Notes: generated by a model from the letters alone, not told the origin. Positions 34,719 to 45,117 are shown, counted from the stretch's first letter. The stretch is 45,881 nt of DNA from an uncultured Actinomycetes bacterium (GCA_903918595.1 CAIXFB010000001.1:1-45881), one strand, 5' to 3'. Numbers and translations are program-made.

Positions 34719-35782
34719 GGCTGGTGGTGATCGCTGGCGCCATTGCCACGGTTTTCTCACTCATCGGTACGCCCCTACTTATCAAACTTCTAGCCCGACA
34801 CGGATACGCGCAAGCCATTCGTAGCTCCACCGCAACTGAGCTGTATCCAGACCATGAAGCAAAGCGCGGCACACCGTCGATGGGCGGCGTAGCTATCATC
34901 GTGGCGGTTTTGGCCGGATATTTTCTCACGCACTTGCTCACATGGCGCCCGGTGTCTTCATCAGCGTTGTTGGTTCTTTACCTGATGGTGGGCCTGGGCC
35001 TTGTGGGGATGGCCGATGACTATTTGAAGATCTTCAAGCAACGAAGTACCGGACTTCGAGCAAGAACCAAGCTGTTCGGTCAAGCTGTTGTTGCTTTCTC
35101 TTTTGCATACCTCTCGGTGCAGTTCCCCGACGAGGCTGGAAATACCGCTGCGTCGATGGCGATTTCATTTGTTCGTGATACCAACTTCGTGTTGCCACTC
35201 GGCCTTTTCCTGCTGTGGGTCTGGTTCCTCGTGACGGCAACCACGAATGGCGTGAACCTCACGGATGGGCTCGATGGCCTAGCGGTGGGCGCCTCCATCA
35301 TGAGTTTCCTGGCATATGTACTCCTGGCGATCTGGCAGTACGGGCAAAACTGCGCATTTGAAGTGACTCCTTTTTGTTATAACACCCAAAATCCATTGGA
35401 TCTGGCAATGGTTGCTGCTGCAGCCGCAGGCGCGAGTTTCGGTTTTCTTTGGTGGAACACCGCGCCTGCTCGCATTTTCATGGGCGATACCGGCTCCCTC
35501 GCTTTGGGTGGTGGGATTGCAGGGCTTGCAATCCTCACACGCACCGAGTTGTTGTTGCCGCTCATAGCTGGCCTGTTCCTGATCACCACGTTGTCCGTCA
35601 TTGGCCAGGTCGGATCCTTCAAACTCACAGGTCGCCGAATTCTACGAATGGCGCCGCTGCACCATCACTTTGAAATGCTTGGTTGGCCGGAGATACAGAT
35701 CGTCGTTCGTTTTTGGATCATTCAAGGTTTGTGCATCGGCGCTGGCCTGACGCTGTTCTACGCGGAGTGGGTTCGGGCATGA
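34715..35782 (+). CDS. mraY: Phospho-N-acetylmuramoyl-pentapeptide transferase MraY
   Basis: KRGTPSMGG, NGVNLTDGLDGLA and HHHFE. ATGA overlap with murF. Confidence 0.95.
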   Translation: MRLVVIAGAIATVFSLIGTPLLIKLLARHGYAQAIRSSTATELYPDHEAKRGTPSMGGVAIIVAVLAGYFLTHLLTWRPVSSSALLVLYLMVGLGLVGMADDYLKIFKQRSTGLRARTKLFGQAVVAFSFAYLSVQFPDEAGNTAASMAISFVRDTNFVLPLGLFLLWVWFLVTATTNGVNLTDGLDGLAVGASIMSFLAYVLLAIWQYGQNCAFEVTPFCYNTQNPLDLAMVAAAAAGASFGFLWWNTAPARIFMGDTGSLALGGGIAGLAILTRTELLLPLIAGLFLITTLSVIGQVGSFKLTGRRILRMAPLHHHFEMLGWPEIQIVVRFWIIQGLCIGAGLTLFYAEWVRA

Positions 35783-37203
35783 CCCTGAACCGCGATTCAG
35801 ATTGGACTCGTCTGCAGGTAACCGTTGCAGGTATCGGAGTTGCAGGTTTTGCTGCGGCGGATGCGCTGATGCAACTTGGTGCCAAAGTGACCATCATTGA
35901 CGGAGCTGATGGCGAAAAGCAGCGTGAACGGGCTGAAATTCTCGGAGCGCTTGGAGCCACAATCCAATTGCGTCATGACGGACCCATCCCGCAGAGTGAT
36001 CTACTGGTGGTCTCGCCAGGACTTCGGCCGAGTGATTCCTTGATTGCATCTGCTCTGAGCTCTGGTGTTCCGGTATGGGGCGAGTTAGAACTCGCTTGGC
36101 GACTGAGGGCGCCGGCAACTGCTGCCCCGTGGCTGTGCGTGACGGGGACCAATGGCAAAACCACCACCACCTTGATGTGCGAGTCCATGATGCGGTCAGC
36201 CGGTTTGCGGGTTGTTGCCGCAGGGAATATTGGCCATTCCATCGTTGACGTGGTCATGCACGACCTCATGGACGCCATCGTGGTCGAGGTGGGCGCACCG
36301 CAACTTCCATTTGTGCAGACCATCAGTCCGCTGGCGTCTGTGTGTCTGAATATCGCCGATGATCACATCGACCATTTCGGCAGTATGGATTCTTATATCG
36401 CCGCCAAGGCTCGGGTCTTTGAACGAGTTCAACGGGCTGCCATCTTTAATGTTGAAGACGAAACCACGCTACGCATGGTCGAGGAAGCCGATGTGATCGA
36501 AGGAGCTCGAGCGATCGGCTTCACACTTGGCGTTCCAGACGTTTCGATGCTTGGTGTGGTCGACGACATCCTCATTGATCGTGCCTTTATCGATGATCGC
36601 CGCAATTCTGCTCAGGAATTGGCAACTGTCTCCGATGTTCGACCAGCTGCACCTCACAATGTGGCGAATGCACTCGCCGCAGCAGGGCTTGCACGGGCAT
36701 ACGGAGTTCCAGCCACTGCAGTCCGCGATGGCCTGACCGCTTTCGCACCTGCTCCGCATCGAATCAGTTTCATCGCGCGCGTCAACGATGTGGATTACAT
36801 TGATGATTCGAAGGCGACGAACGCGCATGCAGCCCAGACATCACTTTTGGCGTATCCCTCGGTTGTGTGGATTGCTGGAGGTATGGCGAAGGGCCAAGAA
36901 TTCGACGAATTAGTCAAGAATGCAGCTCCGCGGTTGCGAGCGGTTATCTTGATGGGGGTTGACCGAGAGGTCTTAGCTGAGTCTTTGTCACGACACGCGC
37001 CAGATGTCCATGTGACTGTGCTCGATGGCGGTGAGACTGGGACCATGGCATTGGCGGTCGATCGCGCGATGGAATTGGCACTCGCTGGTGACACGGTTTT
37101 GTTGGCTCCTGGCTGCGCTTCGTGGGATATGTTCCGCGATTATTCCCACCGGGGTGACCTCTTCGCAGAGGCTGTTCGCCTCCGTGGAGGTGAACCCGCA
37201 TGA
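35779..37203 (+). CDS. murD: UDP-N-acetylmuramoylalanine--D-glutamate ligase MurD
   Basis: ORF trimmed to MTLNRDSDW (ATGA overlap with mraY). VTGTNGKTTT. Confidence 0.9.
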   Translation: MTLNRDSDWTRLQVTVAGIGVAGFAAADALMQLGAKVTIIDGADGEKQRERAEILGALGATIQLRHDGPIPQSDLLVVSPGLRPSDSLIASALSSGVPVWGELELAWRLRAPATAAPWLCVTGTNGKTTTTLMCESMMRSAGLRVVAAGNIGHSIVDVVMHDLMDAIVVEVGAPQLPFVQTISPLASVCLNIADDHIDHFGSMDSYIAAKARVFERVQRAAIFNVEDETTLRMVEEADVIEGARAIGFTLGVPDVSMLGVVDDILIDRAFIDDRRNSAQELATVSDVRPAAPHNVANALAAAGLARAYGVPATAVRDGLTAFAPAPHRISFIARVNDVDYIDDSKATNAHAAQTSLLAYPSVVWIAGGMAKGQEFDELVKNAAPRLRAVILMGVDREVLAESLSRHAPDVHVTVLDGGETGTMALAVDRAMELALAGDTVLLAPGCASWDMFRDYSHRGDLFAEAVRLRGGEPA

Positions 37204-38444
37204 GTTCATCAGGACACGAGCAAGCTGAAAGCGATGTCACGTTTGACCCGGAGCAGCGCCCGTCAACGCCGGCTCCTGCGCGCGGCTTCAGGTTGCTCCT
37301 CAACCACCCTCTGAGTACCTACTATCTCCTTCTTGGCAGCACCATGTTGCTCTTGGTGCTTGGCTTGATCATGGTGCTGTCTGCATCCACGATTCGCAGC
37401 GTCGACATTTTTGGATCCCCGTACACAATCGCCATGCGCCAATTGATGTTTGCAGTCTTGGGCGTTGCAGTGATGTTCGTGGTTGTTCGCACGTCGACCA
37501 ACTTCTGGAAATGGTTCGCCTGGCCCCTCTTGGGGATAGCTGGGGTTCTGCTCCTAGCTGTCCTCATCATTGGAGTTGAGGTTGCCGGGCAACGTAACTG
37601 GATAGAAATCGTCGGTCCCTTTCGTTTGCAGCCCTCTGAGTTTGCGAAGTACGCACTTGTCGTGTGGGGGGCATTCATGTTGTCTCGCCAGCGTCGGGGA
37701 CCGCACACATGGCAGACGCTCCTAGTGCCAGTTGTTCCAGTGGGCTTGATCATGATGGTCTTGGTGTTGGCTGAAGGCGATGTCGGTAACGTGCTCATGC
37801 TTGGCGCGATCCTTGCGGGGATGCTCTTCGCCGCGGGCGCCCCTCTTCGACTTTTCGCACTGATGGGTGTGATTTCACTCGTCGGTATCTGGATTTTGAC
37901 TTTGCTTGCGCCGTACCGGATGGACAGATTCACGTCTTGGCTCAACCCGGGTGAGGATCGGTTGGGTGTGGGCTGGCAAGTCACCCAGGGGCAGTACGCC
38001 CTGGGGACCGGGGGTTTTTGGGGTGTTGGTCTGGGGGCTAGTCGGGAAAAATGGGGCTCACTACCTGAAGCCCACACCGACTTCATTTTCTCTGTGATCG
38101 GTGAAGAGCTGGGGATGGTCGGGACGTTCTCCATTCTGGTGCTTCTCGGTGCTATGGCATTTGCGATATTCAGGTTATCGAGGACTACGTCAGATCCATT
38201 TGTTCGCTTGGCATCGGCTGGAGTTGGCTCCTGGATCGTTGTTCAGGCGATGATCAACATCGGTGGGGTGTTGGGAGTTCTGCCAATCACTGGTGTGCCC
38301 TTACCCCTTGTTTCATACGGTGGCTCCTCGTTGGTCCCGACACTGGTTGCGTTGGGCATGGTCATGGCATTTGCACGACAAGAACCGGGCGCTCGTCGAG
38401 CCCTGCGCAGACACTCGACAGCACGTTCACTGCGCAAACGTTGA
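37200..38444 (+). CDS. ftsW: SEDS-family peptidoglycan polymerase FtsW
   Basis: Ten-TM SEDS pattern; LQPSEFAKY, PEAHTDFIF and LPLVSYGGSS. ATGA overlap with murD. Confidence 0.9.
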   Translation: MSSSGHEQAESDVTFDPEQRPSTPAPARGFRLLLNHPLSTYYLLLGSTMLLLVLGLIMVLSASTIRSVDIFGSPYTIAMRQLMFAVLGVAVMFVVVRTSTNFWKWFAWPLLGIAGVLLLAVLIIGVEVAGQRNWIEIVGPFRLQPSEFAKYALVVWGAFMLSRQRRGPHTWQTLLVPVVPVGLIMMVLVLAEGDVGNVLMLGAILAGMLFAAGAPLRLFALMGVISLVGIWILTLLAPYRMDRFTSWLNPGEDRLGVGWQVTQGQYALGTGGFWGVGLGASREKWGSLPEAHTDFIFSVIGEELGMVGTFSILVLLGAMAFAIFRLSRTTSDPFVRLASAGVGSWIVVQAMINIGGVLGVLPITGVPLPLVSYGGSSLVPTLVALGMVMAFARQEPGARRALRRHSTARSLRKR

Positions 38445-38451
38445 GGTTTGA

Positions 38452-39543
38452 ATGCATATTGTTTTTGCGGCAGGCGGGACTGCCGGCCATATCGAACCGG
38501 CACTGAACACGGCTGATGCCCTCCGTCGATTGGACTCGACGGTTTCGATTTCCTTCATCGGTTCAGAGCGGGGACTCGAGTCAGAGCTGGTCCCAGCCCG
38601 CGGCTATCCGCTCATCACCACAGCTGCGGTTCCATTCCCCAGGAGGGTGAGCGCGGATCTGCTGCGCATGTGGCCAGCGTTGAATTCTTCGGTCCGTACT
38701 GCTCGGGATCACCTGCGCAGTACCCAAGCGCGTGTCGTCGTTGGCTTTGGCGGGTATGCGGCAGTTCCTGGTTATTTGGCTGCATGGCGTCAAGGAGTCC
38801 CGCTGGTTATTCACGAAGCCAACGCCACTGCCGGACTAGCCAACAAGCTTGGCGCTCGTCTTTCCTCTCATACTGCAAGCGTTGTACCAGGAGTGCTCCC
38901 AAACTCCCGCCGAATGGGAATGCCCATGCGACGGGCAATCACTTCACTCGATCGGCAATCGGCTCGTAAGGGCGCCCGAGAACGCTGGGGTATCCCTTCA
39001 GAGGCCCGGGTGTTGCTCGTGTTTGGGGGATCGCAGGGTGCTGCGCGACTGAATTCTGCGCTGGAGCAGGCACTGCCAGACCTCTTATCGGCAGGAATCT
39101 TCATCGTGCATTCCTATGGCACCCGTAACCAGGAGCCGGCCGCTCAGCCCGGCTACTTTCCAGTCCCCTACATCGCCGATATGGCCGAGGCCTATGCGGT
39201 GGCCGATCTGGCTCTCACGCGAGCAGGCGCCATGACGTGCGCTGAACTTGCTGCTGTTGGTCTGCCCGCGGCATATGTACCGCTCCCCATTGGAAATGGT
39301 GAACAGAGATTCAATGCCTTGCCTGTGGTGAGCGCGGGAGGTGGGGTACTGGTCAGTGACGAAGACCTCACCCCGGAGTGGCTGCGCACCGTTATCCCGG
39401 AAATCCTGCACGATGAACAGAGATTGCTTTCGATGAGTCATGCAGCAGCGGAATTCGGAGATCGCGATGCTGATGAACGCATGGCCCGTTGGATTCTTTC
39501 GGTTGGAGAGATGAGTGGGAATCGTGGAAATGCAGCCGCATAA
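38452..39543 (+). CDS. murG: UDP-N-acetylglucosamine--N-acetylmuramyl-(pentapeptide) pyrophosphoryl-undecaprenol GlcNAc transferase MurG
   Basis: GGTAGHIEPAL and GGSQGA. Confidence 0.95.
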   Translation: MHIVFAAGGTAGHIEPALNTADALRRLDSTVSISFIGSERGLESELVPARGYPLITTAAVPFPRRVSADLLRMWPALNSSVRTARDHLRSTQARVVVGFGGYAAVPGYLAAWRQGVPLVIHEANATAGLANKLGARLSSHTASVVPGVLPNSRRMGMPMRRAITSLDRQSARKGARERWGIPSEARVLLVFGGSQGAARLNSALEQALPDLLSAGIFIVHSYGTRNQEPAAQPGYFPVPYIADMAEAYAVADLALTRAGAMTCAELAAVGLPAAYVPLPIGNGEQRFNALPVVSAGGGVLVSDEDLTPEWLRTVIPEILHDEQRLLSMSHAAAEFGDRDADERMARWILSVGEMSGNRGNAAA

Positions 39544-40936
39544 GTTGTCCGATCTTGGCCGGGTCCACATTGTGGGTGTCGGTGGCGCTGGCATGTCGGG
39601 AATCGCCAGGGTGATGCTCGATCGAGGAGTCACGGTTTCTGGCAGCGATGCTAAAGACTCCCGCAGACTCGCCGCGCTTCAAGCACTCGGCATGACTACC
39701 CATGTGGGCCATGACGCGCGTTGGGTAACAGACATTGACACCCTCGTAGTCTCGACCGCGATCCCGCAGAGCAACCCCGAGCGGGTGGCTGCACTTGAAC
39801 AAGGCATTCCCATCTTGACGAGAGCCCAGGCGTTGGCCTCGGTCATGTCGGGATATCGGGGAGTCGCGGTGACCGGTACGCATGGCAAGACCACCACCAC
39901 ATCGATGCTGACCGTGGCGCTTCAGCATTGTGGCGTCGATCCGTGTTTCGCAATCGGGAGTGAACTGAATGCATCTGGCGCCAACGCCCATGTGGGGTCA
40001 GGTGACATTTTTGTGGTGGAGGCAGACGAGAGCGACGGAGCTTTCCTCGAATTGATGCCTGTGGCAGGAATTGTCACGAATATTGAGGCCGATCACCTCG
40101 ACCACTGGGGCTCATTGGAAGCAATTGAGGCCGGGTTTGACGAGTTCGCTCGCGGCATACGAGATCGTGGTGGGTTTCTGATCGCGTGTGCCGACGATCC
40201 TGGTGCCATGGCAATGACGAACCGCGCTCGAGTTGCGGGTGTCGATGTGCGTACCTACGGCGCCTCAGCCGATGCTGACTTTCACATGGTCGAAGAACAA
40301 AAAGGACCGGACGGCTGGAGCTTCGTTGCCGTCCACGAAGGTGTTCGGTTGGGGACTCTTGAGATGAGGGTCCCCGGACGGCACAACGCGCTCAATGCCT
40401 TGGGTGCATGGGCTGCAGGGATTGGATTGGGCATAGCGCCCGAGCAGATGCGGTCAGGACTCGCCGAATTCACCGGCACGCGCAGGCGCTTTGATTTAAA
40501 GGGTGTGGTGAACAACATCCGCGTCTTTGATGACTATGCACACCATCCAACGGAAATCGCTGCGACGCTGACTGCTGCTCGTGAAGTAGTGGGTTCAGGC
40601 AGGGTCATCGTGGCATTCCAAGCGCACCACTACTACCGCACGGCTCTGTTCTCCAAGGAATTTGGTCAAGCGCTAGGCCTGGCAGATGACGTGGTTGTGA
40701 TGGAGGTGTTTGCGCCAGGGGAGACCGCCATCCCGGGAGCGAGTGGGCAAACAATGGCCTCCCATGTGCCGTTGAGTGCAGATCATGTCGTTTTTGAACC
40801 GTCGCTATCCGCCGTTGCCGGTCAATTGGCTCGGCGAGCCCGTCCAGGAGACATTGTGATGACTCTGGGTGCTGGAGACATTGGGTTGTTATGCGGCGAG
40901 GTCATCGAACTCCTTCGAGAGGGCGTTGCTTCGTGA
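39530..40936 (+). CDS. murC: UDP-N-acetylmuramate--L-alanine ligase MurC
   Basis: VHIVGVGGAGMSGIA and VTGTHGKTTTTSM. Start is ATG 39530 (alternative 39515); it overlaps the murG end. Confidence 0.9.
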   Translation: MQPHKLSDLGRVHIVGVGGAGMSGIARVMLDRGVTVSGSDAKDSRRLAALQALGMTTHVGHDARWVTDIDTLVVSTAIPQSNPERVAALEQGIPILTRAQALASVMSGYRGVAVTGTHGKTTTTSMLTVALQHCGVDPCFAIGSELNASGANAHVGSGDIFVVEADESDGAFLELMPVAGIVTNIEADHLDHWGSLEAIEAGFDEFARGIRDRGGFLIACADDPGAMAMTNRARVAGVDVRTYGASADADFHMVEEQKGPDGWSFVAVHEGVRLGTLEMRVPGRHNALNALGAWAAGIGLGIAPEQMRSGLAEFTGTRRRFDLKGVVNNIRVFDDYAHHPTEIAATLTAAREVVGSGRVIVAFQAHHYYRTALFSKEFGQALGLADDVVVMEVFAPGETAIPGASGQTMASHVPLSADHVVFEPSLSAVAGQLARRARPGDIVMTLGAGDIGLLCGEVIELLREGVAS

Positions 40937-41670
40937 CCGATCCAGCACTTGACGGCGCCACAGTTGATCCGTCAGTTTTAGTGGATCGTCAGGCCCAACG
41001 TCGACGACGATTACGACGAAGCATTGCTGTCATCACTGTGCTGATCGGCATCTTCCTGATCTGGCTTGTCTGGTTTTCTCCAGTTCTCTCCGTGCAGCGG
41101 GTCGAAGTTGCCGGTGTTGAGGGTGCTGCTGCGCTCGAGGTCATCGAGTTGGCTGATATTCCCCTGGGGGTCCCGATTGCACGGCTTGACACAAATGCTC
41201 CGCTGCAGCGGGTGCTCACCTTGCAGTGGTTAGCCGCGGCGGAAGTTCGGCGAGGCTGGCCCTCCCAAGTTGTGATTGCGGTTCAGCCACGAACAGCGGT
41301 TGCTCGGACCAAGGTAGGTGACCAGTGGCTCGGGGTAGACGCGCAAGGTGTGGCATTCGCCCCACCGATGCCACTAGGGAAAGGGCTGATCGAAGTGTCT
41401 GGAATTGGCGTGGCGCTTAGGGCCGGTGTCGAGGTCCTGGAGTCACTGCCCGCCGATCTTTTGGCCCGAGTTTCATCGGTCTCGGCCACCACCCGCGATG
41501 ATGTTGAGCTCACTTTGAATTCGGGTGCGCTGGTGCGCTGGGGGAGCGCAGATGAAGCAGACTTCAAGAGTCAGGTGCTCACCGCGCTGCTGGCTCGAAG
41601 AGCTCAGGTGTACGACGTGAGTGCCCCGGAGTTGCCTACGACCTTCAATGAACGGCCCAAAAAACCGTAA
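40933..41670 (+). CDS. ftsQ: Cell division protein FtsQ (POTRA domain)
   Basis: GTGA overlap with the murC stop. Arg-rich N-terminus, a single TM, then VQRVEVAGV (POTRA). Confidence 0.8.
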   Translation: MTDPALDGATVDPSVLVDRQAQRRRRLRRSIAVITVLIGIFLIWLVWFSPVLSVQRVEVAGVEGAAALEVIELADIPLGVPIARLDTNAPLQRVLTLQWLAAAEVRRGWPSQVVIAVQPRTAVARTKVGDQWLGVDAQGVAFAPPMPLGKGLIEVSGIGVALRAGVEVLESLPADLLARVSSVSATTRDDVELTLNSGALVRWGSADEADFKSQVLTALLARRAQVYDVSAPELPTTFNERPKKP

Positions 41671-41708
41671 AGGGTCACTGGAGACTTTTCCTCATTCATA
41701 GGGGGATT

Positions 41709-41733
41709 TCAAAAAATTTCCAAAATTTTTTGA
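41709..41733. promoter_or_regulatory. 25-bp perfect AT-only palindrome TCAAAAAATTT-CCA-AAATTTTTTGA in the ftsQ-ftsZ intergenic region
   Basis: Read directly. It sits in an AT-rich island within otherwise GC-rich DNA, about 150 nt upstream of ftsZ. Confidence 0.6.
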
Positions 41734-41882
41734 TTTAACCCCATTCTCACCTTGCGCCACAGGGGCATGACCGCCTAACCTCCGCGCGGCCGCAAACGGA
41801 CCAAATTCTTAGCCTTAACTTAAGGTTGAGGGTTTGTGGCAGGGAGTCGATATGACCATCGACGCAAACGAAAGGACAGGCT

Positions 41883-42983
41883 GTGGCAGCTCCACAGAAT
41901 TACCTCGCAGTGATCAAGGTCGTGGGCATCGGAGGTGGTGGCGTCAATGCCGTCAACCGAATGATCGAAGTCGGGCTCAAGGGCGTCGAGTTCATCGCGA
42001 TCAACACAGATGCGCAGGCTCTGCTGATGAGCGATGCCGACGTCAAGCTTGATATCGGCCGCGAACTCACGCGTGGACTTGGCGCCGGCGCTAACCCTGA
42101 GGTTGGCCGCAGGGCAGCTGAGGACCACATCGAAGAGATCGAAGAGGTTCTTCGGGGCGCAGACATGGTGTTCGTCACTGCTGGTGAAGGTGGCGGCACG
42201 GGAACGGGCGGAGCGCCTCTCGTTGCCAAGGTGGCCCGTTCACTCGGTGCCCTCACAATCGGTGTTGTGACCCGTCCGTTCGGTTTCGAGGGTCGCCGGC
42301 GTGCTGCGCAGGCGGACCAAGGTGTGGAGGATCTACGCGCCGAGGTAGACACTCTGATCGTCATTCCGAATGACCGATTGCTCTCACTCGCGGATCGAGA
42401 GATCAGCGTTATCGATGCATTCCGTCAGGCAGATCATGTGCTGCTGCAGGGCGTCTCTGGAATCACTGACCTCATCACGACTCCGGGCCTCATCAACCTC
42501 GACTTTGCGGACGTGAAGAGCGTGATGCAGGGTGCTGGCTCTGCTCTCATGGGAATTGGCTCAGCTCGAGGCTCGGACAGAGCTACTGAAGCAGCCGAGC
42601 GCGCCATCTCCAGCCCCCTCCTCGAGGCTGGTATCGACGGTGCGCATGGAGTACTCCTGTCCATTTCGGGCGGCAGTGACCTTGGCCTTTTTGAAATCAA
42701 CGAAGCTGCACGGTTGGTGAGCGATGCGGCCCACCCCGATGCGAACATCATTTTTGGCGCCGTCATTGATGACACCCTGGGCGACGAGGTTCGCGTCACT
42801 GTCATCGCTGCTGGCTTTGATGGTGGCGAACCACCGGCCAAGAAGGCAGCTGAGGCAAAGCGTTCGGATAGCGGTTCGACGGGCGAAATCCCCACGATTG
42901 CGTCCCGTCCCGTGCAGGAGCCTCGCACGATCGTTTTCGAAGACACCGACGATGACCTCGACGTGCCGGACTTCTTGAAATAG
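41883..42983 (+). CDS. ftsZ: Cell division GTPase FtsZ
   Basis: [21 protein letters not shown], and the C-terminal peptide [14 protein letters not shown] start. Confidence 0.97.
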   Translation: MAAPQNYLAVIKVVGIGGGGVNAVNRMIEVGLKGVEFIAINTDAQALLMSDADVKLDIGRELTRGLGAGANPEVGRRAAEDHIEEIEEVLRGADMVFVTAGEGGGTGTGGAPLVAKVARSLGALTIGVVTRPFGFEGRRRAAQADQGVEDLRAEVDTLIVIPNDRLLSLADREISVIDAFRQADHVLLQGVSGITDLITTPGLINLDFADVKSVMQGAGSALMGIGSARGSDRATEAAERAISSPLLEAGIDGAHGVLLSISGGSDLGLFEINEAARLVSDAAHPDANIIFGAVIDDTLGDEVRVTVIAAGFDGGEPPAKKAAEAKRSDSGSTGEIPTIASRPVQEPRTIVFEDTDDDLDVPDFLK

Positions 42984-43104
42984 CACGGAGAGACCCATCT
43001 CGACGCGCGAGCGCTTTTCACTTCCCCTTGCTGCCGGGGTCTTCTCCTCGGCCGCACCTGGTGACCGTCCAGCTAACTGGGCGGTCACCGGTCGTTATGG
43101 CGGA

Positions 43105-43779
43105 GTGAGCAAGCCGCCATTCAACGAACTCAACTTGGCCGCCCATGTGGGCGATGACCCCGGGCATGTCAACGCGAACCTTGCGACGGTTTCTGGCCTT
43201 CTTGGACTGCCGAGGAATCGAGTTGTGACCATGGGTGCAGTTCATGGTGCTCGGATCGGGTTCGTGAGTGAGCCCGGACACGTTGAGGGTGTGGACGCAT
43301 TGATCAGCACATCATCTGGTCTCGTGCTAACGGCATTGGGCGCGGACTGCGCCACCATTGCGTTATCGGGCCCAGGAGTTATCGGCGTGGTGCACTGCGG
43401 TTGGCGCGGTCTGGCGGCCGACGTGGTCGGCTCCACAGTCGCGCAGATGCAGTCTGTGAGTAGCGGGCCGCTCGAGGCAGTTGTTGGTCCTGCTATTTGT
43501 GGAAAGTGTTATCCGGTTTTGCCCGCACGCATTTTGGAATTGGTATCCGCTGTGAGCCCTAGGGTGAGTGTTGCCGCGGTTACTTCATCGAGAGACGGAC
43601 AGCCCTCCATCGATATTCGCGCGGGCATTTGTGAACGACTCAGTGAACTTGGCGTACGCATGCATGTTGTCGGTGGGTGCACCGTTGAGGATGAGGCCCT
43701 GTTCTCTTTCCGCCGCGACAGCGTTACTGGTCGACAAGGGATGGTCATTGCGTTCGGCGCCGCTGATGGGCAAGAGTGA
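43105..43779 (+). CDS. pgeF: Peptidoglycan editing factor PgeF (YfiH / laccase-domain family). The N-terminus probably extends upstream, possibly to an ATC at 42997.
   Basis: LNLAAHVGDDP, TADCA-like LGADCATI, VHCGWRG and FSFRRD. The first canonical start (GTG 43105) cuts into the conserved TR.GGVS strand. Confidence 0.85.
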   Translation: MSKPPFNELNLAAHVGDDPGHVNANLATVSGLLGLPRNRVVTMGAVHGARIGFVSEPGHVEGVDALISTSSGLVLTALGADCATIALSGPGVIGVVHCGWRGLAADVVGSTVAQMQSVSSGPLEAVVGPAICGKCYPVLPARILELVSAVSPRVSVAAVTSSRDGQPSIDIRAGICERLSELGVRMHVVGGCTVEDEALFSFRRDSVTGRQGMVIAFGAADGQE

Positions 43780-44489
43780 ACACCATGAGTCTTGATGCGC
43801 GTCGATCGGAAATTGCCCACAATCTCGCAGAAGTGCAAGCCCGAATCGCGGCAGCCACGTTTCGTGCTGGGCGAGAAGTTCAGCCGCAGCTTGTTGTTGT
43901 TACCAAAACCTTTCCCTCAACCGACATTGCTATTTTGGCTGAACTCGGCGTCCGCGACATTGCCGAGAACCGAGACCAAGAAGCCCGACGTAAGCATGAA
44001 GAGCTCGCTGGGCTGGACATGCGATGGCACATGATCGGCCAAGTGCAGCGGAAGAAAGCTGCCTCGGTTCTGTCTTGGGCGGACATCATCGAAACAGTGG
44101 ATCGCATGGAATTGGCTGACTCGCTCAATCGGGCAGCTGTAACGCTGGGTCGAGAGGTGGATGTGTTGCTTCAAGTGTCACTCGATGAGCCCTTCAGAGA
44201 TGATCGGGGAGGCTGTCACCCTGCTGAGTTGGAAGCACTAGCGAATCACGCGAAATCCCTTGACGCCTTGAATGTGCGGGGTGTGATGGCTATTGCTCCT
44301 TACCCGGGAGACCCTGGCGAGGCATTTGAGCGCCTATCCACCATGGTGGATGCACTCCGGTCCACAGTTCCAGATCTCGACATTGTCTCGGCGGGTATGA
44401 GCGGGGATCTGGAAGCTGCCATCGCCCACGGGGCGACACAGGTTCGGATTGGTGGCTCGATACTGGGAGCGCGGCCACTCGTGCAGTAA
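43776..44489 (+). CDS. yggS: YggS/YlmE family pyridoxal-phosphate homeostasis protein
   Basis: VVVTKTFP (PLP lysine), WHMIGQVQRKK and VRIGGSILG. GTG 43776 (GTGA overlap) or ATG 43785. Confidence 0.9.
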   Translation: MNTMSLDARRSEIAHNLAEVQARIAAATFRAGREVQPQLVVVTKTFPSTDIAILAELGVRDIAENRDQEARRKHEELAGLDMRWHMIGQVQRKKAASVLSWADIIETVDRMELADSLNRAAVTLGREVDVLLQVSLDEPFRDDRGGCHPAELEALANHAKSLDALNVRGVMAIAPYPGDPGEAFERLSTMVDALRSTVPDLDIVSAGMSGDLEAAIAHGATQVRIGGSILGARPLVQ

Positions 44490-44541
44490 CGTCAGTGGGG
44501 CACAGTGTCTGTGATCAGGAATTCTTTCAAGGAGGTAGGCC

Positions 44542-45117
44542 ATGGCCGGCGGTATGCGCAAGATGGCCGTGTATCTGGGTCTCGTTGAGGATGATCGCTA
44601 CGAGGAGTATGTCGAAGTCGACGAGTACCAGCAGCAACCTTCGCGTGATTCCAGGTCATCCTCGAAGAGCCGGCGTGGTTTTGCCGACTCTTACTCAGAT
44701 GAGACCGATGATCGTTACACCCCGCGAAGCGTCCGCACAGTCAGTGAGTCCAGGGCGGTCCGCACCTTCCGCAATGACTCAGGTGCAGAGCGTCGGCCGT
44801 CTGTAGCGCCGATGGCCGATCGTCGCCCCGCCGCAGACCTGAGCCGAATCGAGACGATCCATCCGCGTTCCTACAACGATGCCCGCCGTATCGGTGAGGA
44901 CTATCGCGATGGAGTCCCGGTCATCATGAATCTCAGCGAACTCGATGATGCTGATGCAAAGCGGATCATTGACTTCGCAGCGGGCCTCGTGTTTGGAATG
45001 CGTGGGAGCATCGAAAGAGTTACCCCCAAGGTTTTTCTGCTATCGCCATCTAACGTTGATGTCGGAGATCAGGCTCGAGCGCAACTCGCTGAAGATGGCT
45101 TTTTCAATCAGAGTTAG
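44542..45117 (+). CDS. sepF: Cell division protein SepF
   Basis: [18 protein letters not shown] and a C-terminal domain, [26 protein letters not shown]. Confidence 0.95.
   Translation: MAGGMRKMAVYLGLVEDDRYEEYVEVDEYQQQPSRDSRSSSKSRRGFADSYSDETDDRYTPRSVRTVSESRAVRTFRNDSGAERRPSVAPMADRRPAADLSRIETIHPRSYNDARRIGEDYRDGVPVIMNLSELDDADAKRIIDFAAGLVFGMRGSIERVTPKVFLLSPSNVDVGDQARAQLAEDGFFNQS

Noticed and set aside
37322-38134. Long antisense ORFs inside well-supported genes. Examples: 37322..38134 (-) in ftsW, 42434..43057 (-) and 41900..42364 (-) in ftsZ, 24206..24829 (-) in the helD-like gene, 20067..20669 (-), 16448..16921 (-) and 39085..39991 (-).
   Set aside because: Their translations are Arg/Pro/Ser-rich and low-complexity with no recognisable motifs. 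They fully overlap genes with strong family signatures. This is typical stop-codon-poor antisense frame noise in GC-rich DNA.
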